Source: Podarcis bocagei
Taxonomy: Eukaryota
Length of the DNA stretch: 64,000 nucleotides
Reading direction: 5' to 3' (one strand)
NCBI GenBank assembly: GCA_964188305.1
Contig: OZ076894.1
A program made the translations under genes and the position numbers. Under the pieces are notes generated by a model. That model ran no database searches, had not been told where the DNA came from, and worked only from the letters and a program-made list of their open reading frames with translations. Each line of letters starts with the position of its first letter. Positions within the stretch are counted from its first letter, which is position 1. Of the stretch, positions 63,100-64,000 are shown in pieces.

Positions 63100-64000
63100 C
63101 TGGGGTTAAGCACAAAGCAAAACATTAAAAAATATAACACTGTTAGCAGACATTTCTTAAAATATTGAACATGCTTCTCTTATGTATATATTTCTTGTTT
63201 GTTAAGATGACATAACTGGAGTATTGGATCAGACACATCTAATCTGTTAGATGCTTCTGTTTCCAATAGTAGCCAGAATGGTGCCTCTGGAGAACCTCAC
63301 AAGAAGGGCATGATCATGACATTCAAATCATGACAATCAGTAAGGCAAATACTTTCACATTCATTAGCCCACATTACATTCTGGGAACACAGCACACTGT
63401 CTTTTACTGCCACTTCAGTGGTCCACCTCACTCAGTACTGTCTAACTTTATACACCAAGTGGCAGCAGCTCTCCAGGATTTCAGACAGTAGTCTTTCCCA
63501 GATCTATATGGAGAAGCTGGGTATTGAAAACAGGACCTTTTCATGCAATGTATGCAGTGTTTATTAAGACTTTCTATTCCCAATGACAATAAGTAATATA
63601 AAAGAAAGCTTATAATAAAAGTTAGAAGAAAATCTTACAGCTTTGGAAAAACAAGTGTCATCTTTTGGCTAGTACGTATATTCTGTTTTCAATCAGATAA
63701 GCAGGAAGATAAGGAAGTTAGAAGAAAGAAATAGAAGAGAAACAGGAGATGGAAAAGAGGAATGATGGAGTAAGTTTGTGTGTGTCAGCTGGACAAGGAG
63801 TTAGACTCTTGGATAAAAGAGCAAGTTTAGTTTTACAAAGGAGCAGAGGGGAGAAGCAACAATTACACACCCTTCTTCTTTTCCACTTCTACCAAAAAAC
63901 CTCAAAGAGAACTTGTATGGATGTCATCCACAGAGATTGTGAATTACTTTGAGAGTTCTCAGTGAGATCTTGTGAGGCCTCCAAGCAATAAGGCGCTCAT

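Overview
Vertebrate genomic DNA, most likely from a squamate (lacertid-type) lizard judging by the Sauria SINE, BovB/RTE, CR1, L2 and hAT/mariner MITE content; it is not prokaryotic, and almost all listed ORFs are spurious. The + strand carries the last six coding exons of SLC10A7 (4993-37966; GT-AG introns, reading phases all consistent). The - strand carries the last three coding exons of REELD1 (63099-58587), tail-to-tail with SLC10A7 as in mammals. Introns and the intergenic interval hold many transposon fragments, probable conserved non-coding elements, CTCF-like motifs and two N gaps. The most striking object is a 717-bp intact non-autonomous hAT (Charlie-type) element at 46623-47339 with perfect 15-bp TIRs and an 8-bp TSD. 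Its GC/CpG-rich interior appears to be captured host DNA: promoter-like motifs plus the ATG and N-terminal coding start of RANBP9, i.e. a Pack-MULE-like 'Pack-hAT'. Also notable are a mariner-type MITE filled with a tandem array of double hairpins, one with an inverted loop, and a candidate in-frame 57-nt cassette exon in REELD1. All gene and repeat-family identifications are from memory, not database searches.
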